A stretch of DNA of 64,000 nucleotides, from assembly GCA_031362565.1 (NCBI GenBank), contig JANLSU010000003.1, forward strand, positions 32,001 through 96,000, in the 5' to 3' direction. The notes under the pieces were generated by a model that searched no databases, had not been told where the DNA came from, and was given only the letters and a program-made list of their open reading frames with translations. Source of the stretch: a bacterium. GTDB taxonomy: Bacteria > Krumholzibacteriota > Krumholzibacteriia > G020349025. The position numbers and the translations under genes are program-made. Shown here one piece after another: positions 58,086 to 64,000 of the stretch. Position 1 is the first letter of the stretch; every line of letters starts with the position of its first letter.

Positions 58086-60440
58086 TCAATACACCCAGTG
58101 ATTGCCGGCGAGGGCGGCGAGCGAGCGCCCGAGCAGGACGCGTTGGACTTCGTGGTGGTCGTTGGCGCGGAGGATTCCCAGCGTGTGCCAGCGGTCGGTG
58201 TCGGCGAACGCCGCGCTCGCGCGCGCGATCGCGGCGCGAACATCGGAGCGCGTTCGACAGCGGCGGTCGTACCACAAGAGGAAGTTGATGATCCCCGGCG
58301 TCCGCCCGAACGTCCCATCTTCCTTGCTGTCCCAAGTGCCGTCTTTGCGCTGCGTCCGCAGCAGCCAGTCGACATGCGGCCCGAGAGCGCGGCGTAGCTT
58401 CGTCAGTACGGCCGGATCCTCCAGCAGCATATCGGCTGCGATCCAACCCTCTTCGATGTACGCCGCGGCACGTAACGATCCTTCGCGACACGTGGCCGGT
58501 TCCTTGAAACCCTCGGCCGTGATCTGCGACAGCGTGTAGTCGAGTGAACGCAGCGCTTGAACGCGATACTCCGGTTTGTGGGTCCGGTGGAAGAGCCAGG
58601 CGCGGGTTTCGATGCCGACGAGCGCGGTGCTCACCAAGTACGGCTCTGGGCTCATGCGCCGCGGCAGACCCACGGTGTCGACGATCAGCTCGCGGCCGAG
58701 ACCCACCTCGCCGGTTTCGTGTAACAGTTTTTCATTCGCCACGCCGCGCAGGAAACGTTCGGCGGCGGCTTGATAACGCTGCAGTCGCGGCTCGTCGACG
58801 TATTTCTCGACCGCGCCAAAGAGCGCCGCGGCGGCGCCCATGTCAGCGATCCAAATGGCGGGATATCCGAGCGGCCAAAAACCGAATTTATCCTGGATCG
58901 CGACCAGCGTGTCGGCATAGGCAATCGCTCGTTCGAGGCCGCGTTGCGAGTCGAACCAGTCGGTCTTGCCCGCACCGCAGGCCGTGAGCGCCGTGTGCGC
59001 CGCGACGAGTGTGCGCATTGCATAGGCTTCGACAAAGAGACGCCGGCTGCGTTTCGGCCGCCCAAGGGTGTGCGCGGCGAGAACGCGCAGCGCATCGCGC
59101 GTCGCCAACGTATCGACCGCACTGGGTGCTTTCGATGCATTCCGCGGCGCCCCCCACGGCCAGGCCCGGCACGTGAGCACGGATTGCTGCGCAGTGCGCT
59201 CCTGGCACAAAAGCGCCAGGCCTTCGGGCAATGACACGAGCGCCGCAGGCATGGGCGTGCGTCCCGGATGCACGAACAGGCGCGTGGCGCGCGTCCAAGT
59301 GCGGCCCGCATCCGCCGATGCCGCGAGACGCAGTCCCTGCAGGGCCGGCGCGGCAAGCGTCGTGTCGGGCCGGGGCTCGGTGAATGCAAGGCGCAACTGC
59401 CCGGCGTCGGCGATGAGGACCGGATCCGCGGCCGTTTCGAATTCCAGCGCGGTGAACAAACTCCACGTGCGTCCCGCATCGCTGGACGCCGCGCGCACGA
59501 TGCGAGCCCCTTGGCGCGCAGCGCACACGACAACACCGCCGCCGAGCGCGGCTAGACTTGGCACTGCAAGGGCATCCACTGGAATCGCTGCCGCGTTCAA
59601 ACTCCACTGCCTTCCCCCATCGGTCGAGCGCGCCACGTCGAAACCCTGAGTTGCATCTGGAGTGTCTTGCAGTACGAGCGGCACGAGCAGTGTGCCATCC
59701 GGCAGCACGACCGGATGCCCACACAGAATGCGCGCCGCGCGCACGAGGAGTGCGGGCTCCGTCCAGTGCATGCCGGCGTCATCGGTGCGATAGGCGACAG
59801 CGGCTTCCATCCCGCCCTCGGCCGGCAGGATTGCCGTCACGACGATTGCGCCGTCGGCGCACTGCACGAGCCCCGGAGTGTCACCGGCGAGCGTCGCCAG
59901 AGCGGGTGCCGATGCCGCCGCAGTTTTGTCGTGAGCGATGCGCACCAGGTGGATTGCGGCGAGCGGCGTCTCGAGGGCCGGTGCCTGCGCCGCCGCAGGA
60001 CGAACGAGCGCCGGCTCGATCGTCGCGCTCGGGCGGGAGGATTCGGGCGCGGGTGTCGATTCATGATCGGGACCGGCGCCGACCCAAGCGATCCAGAGTG
60101 CATCCGAAGTCTCGAGCAGATCACCAGAATGCTCGGCGCACGCGCCCGCCGCGTCGGGCGGCAGAGGTTGCATCCAGAGAAGCCGTTCGTCGAGTCGGGA
60201 AACGGGCCGTGCTTCGGCTGGCGTCCGCGAACGCACGGATGCAGTCACATGCCGTTTCGCCGGCGCACGCTCCGCAACGGAACGTGGGTCGCCGGCGACA
60301 GCGAGGGTCGGGAGACTCGCCGCAGCGAGGAGCAGCAAGCAAGCTCGATGCTCGGGCCGCGGGCGAAGCGCAGCGCCGATCAATCGGGAATCTCCTCCGA
60401 TACATCTTGATGCTAGCAGGCGTGGTTTCCAGCCCGCCAC
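58086..60440 (-). CDS. BNR/sialidase-like propeller fused to alpha-helical toroid domain
   Basis: Four Asp-box-like motifs (TDDAGMHW, STDGGRQW, SSDAGRTW, SADAGRTW); C-terminal QxxxGxW motifs; start uncertain. Confidence 0.75.
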   Translation of the reverse strand: MAGWKPRLLASRCIGGDSRLIGAALRPRPEHRACLLLLAAASLPTLAVAGDPRSVAERAPAKRHVTASVRSRTPAEARPVSRLDERLLWMQPLPPDAAGACAEHSGDLLETSDALWIAWVGAGPDHESTPAPESSRPSATIEPALVRPAAAQAPALETPLAAIHLVRIAHDKTAAASAPALATLAGDTPGLVQCADGAIVVTAILPAEGGMEAAVAYRTDDAGMHWTEPALLVRAARILCGHPVVLPDGTLLVPLVLQDTPDATQGFDVARSTDGGRQWSLNAAAIPVDALAVPSLAALGGGVVVCAARQGARIVRAASSDAGRTWSLFTALEFETAADPVLIADAGQLRLAFTEPRPDTTLAAPALQGLRLAASADAGRTWTRATRLFVHPGRTPMPAALVSLPEGLALLCQERTAQQSVLTCRAWPWGAPRNASKAPSAVDTLATRDALRVLAAHTLGRPKRSRRLFVEAYAMRTLVAAHTALTACGAGKTDWFDSQRGLERAIAYADTLVAIQDKFGFWPLGYPAIWIADMGAAAALFGAVEKYVDEPRLQRYQAAAERFLRGVANEKLLHETGEVGLGRELIVDTVGLPRRMSPEPYLVSTALVGIETRAWLFHRTHKPEYRVQALRSLDYTLSQITAEGFKEPATCREGSLRAAAYIEEGWIAADMLLEDPAVLTKLRRALGPHVDWLLRTQRKDGTWDSKEDGTFGRTPGIINFLLWYDRRCRTRSDVRAAIARASAAFADTDRWHTLGILRANDHHEVQRVLLGRSLAALAGNHWVY

Positions 60441-60566
60441 GTCAATCTGGACCTTGGCGCAAAGGCCGCGCTACAGTGCGGCCAGCGACCGGGCGTCACG
60501 AACCCGGGTCAAAAGAAGCGGGCGCGCTGCCCGCGGGATCCAACCGGGAATGCCAAGGAGAGCCTC

Positions 60567-61871
60567 GTGACGTCTACGGACCCGATCGGTCCGCACAGCC
60601 AGGCGCTCTTCGAGCGCGCCCGCGTGCGCATTCCGGGCGGCGTCAACTCGCCGGTGCGTGCTTTTCGCGCCGTCGGTGGCCAACCGCTCTTCATCGCGCG
60701 CGGCGAGGGTCCCTACCTCTGGGACGTGGATGGGCGCCGGTACATCGACTACGTCGGGTCGTGGGGGCCGCTGCTCTTCGGGCACGCGCATCCGAAAATC
60801 GTCGCAGCGGTGCGGGATGCCGCGACACTCGGCACGAGTTTCGGTGCACCCACCGAACGTGAAGTCGAATTCGCGGAACGTTTGTGCGGCATCGTGCCGG
60901 GGCTCGACATGGTGCGCCTCGTCAACTCGGGCACCGAAGCGACGCTCTCGGCCATTCGTTTGGCGCGCGCCGCAACGGGCCGCGCCAAGGTCGTCAAGTT
61001 CGCCGGCTGTTATCACGGCCACGGCGACAGTTTTCTCATCAAGGCGGGGTCGGGAATCGCAACGCTTGGTTTGCCCGACAGCCCGGGTGTTACGCCGGGG
61101 ACCGCAGCCGACACCCTCGTTGCCGAATACAACGACCTCGGCGCCGTGTCGGCGTTGCTCGATGCGCATCGCAACCAGGTTGCCGCCATCATCCTCGAGC
61201 CCGTCGTCGGCAACATGGGACTCGTGCCACCAGAACCTGGATTCCTGGACGGCTTGCGGGCGTTGTGTGATGTGCACGGCGCGCTACTCGTCCTCGACGA
61301 GGTCATGACCGGGTTTCGTCTGGCGCCGGGCGGCGCGCAAGAATTGTTCGGCGTGCGCGCCGATCTCGCGACCTTCGGCAAGGTGATCGGCGGCGGGTTG
61401 CCGATTGGCGCCTACGGCGGCCGCCGCGAAGTGATGGCACTCGTCGCGCCCAGCGGCCCCATGTATCAAGCCGGAACGCTTTCCGGAAACCCGGTGGCGG
61501 TCGCCGCGGGGCTCGCGATGCTCGATCTGCTCGCCGATGGCGCCGTGTACGCCCACCTCGAACGGCAATCACAGCGCTTGGAGAACGGCGTGCGCGCCGC
61601 CATGGCGCGGAGCGGCGCGGCGCTTTGTCTGCAGCGTGTGGGCTCGATGTGGACGCTCTTTTTCCAGGCTGGACCGGTGCGCGACTGGCCGGGCGCCGCG
61701 CGTAGCGACACGGCACGCTTCGCGCGCTTCTTCACGGCGCTCCTCGGGCGCGGCGTCTACATCGCGCCGTCACAATACGAAGCGTGCTTCGTGGGCGCGG
61801 CGCACGACGATGCCGTCATCGACGCCACCATCGACGCGGTCGGTGGCGCACTCGCGGAGGCTTGCTCATGA
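60567..61871 (+). CDS. hemL: Glutamate-1-semialdehyde 2,1-aminomutase
   Basis: PGGVNSPVRAF, NSGTEAT, YHGHGD, DEVMTGFR, GKVIGGG. Confidence 0.98.
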   Translation: MTSTDPIGPHSQALFERARVRIPGGVNSPVRAFRAVGGQPLFIARGEGPYLWDVDGRRYIDYVGSWGPLLFGHAHPKIVAAVRDAATLGTSFGAPTEREVEFAERLCGIVPGLDMVRLVNSGTEATLSAIRLARAATGRAKVVKFAGCYHGHGDSFLIKAGSGIATLGLPDSPGVTPGTAADTLVAEYNDLGAVSALLDAHRNQVAAIILEPVVGNMGLVPPEPGFLDGLRALCDVHGALLVLDEVMTGFRLAPGGAQELFGVRADLATFGKVIGGGLPIGAYGGRREVMALVAPSGPMYQAGTLSGNPVAVAAGLAMLDLLADGAVYAHLERQSQRLENGVRAAMARSGAALCLQRVGSMWTLFFQAGPVRDWPGAARSDTARFARFFTALLGRGVYIAPSQYEACFVGAAHDDAVIDATIDAVGGALAEACS

Positions 61872-62917
61872 CCACGCCGGCTTGGCTCGACAGCGATTTC
61901 ATGCGCGCTTGCCGCGGTGAACCGGTGCGGCGCACCCCCGTGTGGTTCATGCGCCAGGCCGGGCGCTACATGCCGGAATACCGCGCCATCAAAGAGAAAT
62001 CGTCGTTTCTCGAAATGTGCCGGACGCCGGATCTCGCGACCGAAATCACCCTGCAGCCGGTGCGCGCGCTCGGCGTCGATGCGGCGATTCTCTTCAGCGA
62101 CATTCTGATTCCTGTCGCCGCCATGGGCTTGCAGGTGGAGTTCAACCCCGGGCCCCACATTCCGCAGCCGGTGCGTTCGCGCGCCGACGTGGATGCGTTG
62201 CGCGTGCCGGACCCCACCGAGACCGTGCCGTTCGTGTTGGAAGCGATCCGGCGTTTGCGCCGCGAATTGCCGGCGAACGTGCCGCTCATCGGCTTCTGCG
62301 GCGCGCCGTGGACGCTGGCGTGTTATATGGCCGAGGGTGGCGGCGGCAAGGAACCGTCGCGCATGAAGCGCCTGTGCTACGAGGATCCGGCGACGGCTGA
62401 TGCATTGCTCGACAAGCTCGCGGCCACGAACGCCGCGTACCTCGCCGCCCAAATCGCCGCCGGCGTCCAAGCGGTGCAGATCTTCGATACTTGGGCGAGT
62501 ATGCTGCACCGCAGCGACTACGCGCGGTGGTCGCTGCCGTACGTGCAGCGCATGATCGCCATGATCCATGCAGCCGCCGGCGACCAGGATGTAGCCCCCA
62601 TCATTTATTTCGCACGTGAATCCGGCGCTCTCCTCGCGGATGTCGCCACGACCGGCGCCGACGTCCTGAGCGTCGATTGGCGGGTGCCGCTCGACGCCGC
62701 CCGCCGCATCGTCGGCGGTGCACTTCCGCTGCAAGGCAATCTCGATCCGTGGGCGCTCTTTGCACCGTGGGAAGAACTGCGCCGCCACGCCGACGTTGTT
62801 CTGCGCCAAGCCGGCACACAGCCGCACATCTTCAATCTCGGTCACGGCATTCTGCAGGAAACACCCGTCGACAACGTCCGCCGCCTCGTGGATCACGTCC
62901 ACGCGCACGTCCGATAG
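61868..62917 (+). CDS. hemE: Uroporphyrinogen decarboxylase
   Basis: PVWFMRQAGRYMPEY, FSDIL, QGNLDP, NLGHGI. Confidence 0.98.
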   Translation: MTTPAWLDSDFMRACRGEPVRRTPVWFMRQAGRYMPEYRAIKEKSSFLEMCRTPDLATEITLQPVRALGVDAAILFSDILIPVAAMGLQVEFNPGPHIPQPVRSRADVDALRVPDPTETVPFVLEAIRRLRRELPANVPLIGFCGAPWTLACYMAEGGGGKEPSRMKRLCYEDPATADALLDKLAATNAAYLAAQIAAGVQAVQIFDTWASMLHRSDYARWSLPYVQRMIAMIHAAAGDQDVAPIIYFARESGALLADVATTGADVLSVDWRVPLDAARRIVGGALPLQGNLDPWALFAPWEELRRHADVVLRQAGTQPHIFNLGHGILQETPVDNVRRLVDHVHAHVR

Positions 62918-62969
62918 CCCAAGGACCCGTGCGGCGACCGTGGGCAGACGTCTGGGGTACACTGCACGG

Positions 62970-64000
62970 ATGCTGCTGCTCGCCGCGACGCTCGCTTTCC
63001 TTTCCGGATTCGTGGCCCTGGGGTACGAGGTGCTCTGGGCGCGACGCCTGTCCGATGTCATCGGTGCGACGGCACTCGCATCGAGTCTCGTGGTCGGCGT
63101 TTTCTTCGTGATGTTGTCGGCCGGTGCTTGGGCACTCGGTCCGCGCGCCGCGCGTAGCCGCTCGCCATGGCGGCTCTATGCGCTGCTCGAGGCGTGCATC
63201 CTCGTGGCCATCCTGCCGGCATTCTTCGGTGAGTCGCTCGCCGGTGCGGTGGCGGCGGCGTTTGGTGATGCGCTGCTCCGCCCCGGCACAGGTCTCGCAC
63301 TCAAGACGTTGTTGGCGGTCCTGTTCGTCGGGCCGGCGTCCTTTTGCATGGGCGGAACGCTGCCGGCGATGGGCCAGGCGGTGGTGCGCGCCGGACAACT
63401 GGGTCGCGACGGCAATCTCCTCTACGGGATCAACACCCTGGGAGGCGCGGTGGGCGTGGTCGTGACGACGTTCGTCCTCGCACCCCATCTCGGGATGCAT
63501 GGCGCCTTTGCGGTGCTGATGGCCGCAAGCCTGGCGCTAGCGATCGCGGCACTGCGAATGGCCCGCGCCACAGGACACACCTCGGCGCCGGTGCCCGCGC
63601 CGCAGAACGCCACACCAGCGGCGCAAGACGCCGCGTCCGGCTCTGCAAGCAACTTTTCCACTTGGACCGCGCTCGCTTTTTTTTCGGGCGCCAACGTGCT
63701 CGGGCTCGAGATCCTGGCGCTGCATCTCTTTGGACAAGTGCTGCACAACTCGACTTACACTTTTGCCGCGGTGCTCGTCGTGGTCATTGCGTCGCTCGCG
63801 GCCGGAGCGTTGATCGTGCAGCGCTGGCGGCTCGATCATGAGACCGCGGTGCATCGTGCTGGACTCGTCTTGCTGGCCACCGCCCTCGCGACGGCACTCG
63901 TGCCGCGCGCCTTTTTCGCACTGACACACGGGTTACAGCCGTTCGGTGGCGGCGTCGCGTCGCTCGCCGGCTATGTCCTGCGAATCGCCGGCGTTGGCGC
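62970..64000 (+). CDS. MFS-like/spermidine synthase-type membrane fusion protein (partial, runs off window)
   Basis: Hand translation: MLLLAATLAFLSGFVALGYEVLWARRL..., MGGTLP, LYGINTLGG, GLEIL. Not in the ORF track because no stop lies within the window. Confidence 0.8.
   Translation, partial: MLLLAATLAFLSGFVALGYEVLWARRLSDVIGATALASSLVVGVFFVMLSAGAWALGPRAARSRSPWRLYALLEACILVAILPAFFGESLAGAVAAAFGDALLRPGTGLALKTLLAVLFVGPASFCMGGTLPAMGQAVVRAGQLGRDGNLLYGINTLGGAVGVVVTTFVLAPHLGMHGAFAVLMAASLALAIAALRMARATGHTSAPVPAPQNATPAAQDAASGSASNFSTWTALAFFSGANVLGLEILALHLFGQVLHNSTYTFAAVLVVVIASLAAGALIVQRWRLDHETAVHRAGLVLLATALATALVPRAFFALTHGLQPFGGGVASLAGYVLRIAGVG

Noticed and set aside
1..64000. Long antisense/alternate-frame ORFs (e.g. 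6457-8112, 39800-41425, 41977-43608, 54672-56642), CRISPR, prophage or IS elements
   Set aside because: The ORFs are shadows of real genes in high-GC DNA with no motifs. No spaced repeats, integrase, transposase or phage genes were seen.

Overview
GC-rich bacterial chromosomal window with no rRNA, tRNA, CRISPR array, integrase or transposase visible. It is probably from a diderm FCB-related candidate phylum such as Krumholzibacteria/Latescibacteria/Eisenbacteria; this is an inference from protein style only. Core content: rho-rpmE-DUF1385-prfA-prmC (interrupted by a lower-GC DUF4386 gene), priA, a REC-GGDEF/histidine kinase/two-receiver cluster, ggt flanked by two unrelated ferredoxin-NADP reductases, arsR-arsM, a MacB/LolCDE-like ABC system with an AttH/CrtC-like fusion, yajQ, pilT, and hemH/hemL/hemE. 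Main unexplained signals: (1) four secreted proteins of three unrelated types share a short C-terminal tail (consensus about V-x-x-x-[TS]-[WF]-[GST]-x-[VML]-K-x-x-[YF]), a candidate sorting/secretion signal; (2) an unannotated, self-terminated structured RNA at about 27967-28143; (3) sigma54-type promoters, including a conserved one in front of both copies of a duplicated gene upstream of a double-N-domain PilT; (4) a perfect Rex/CRP-type palindrome and other operators stranded between two convergent genes. All family calls come from motif recognition by eye, not database searches.
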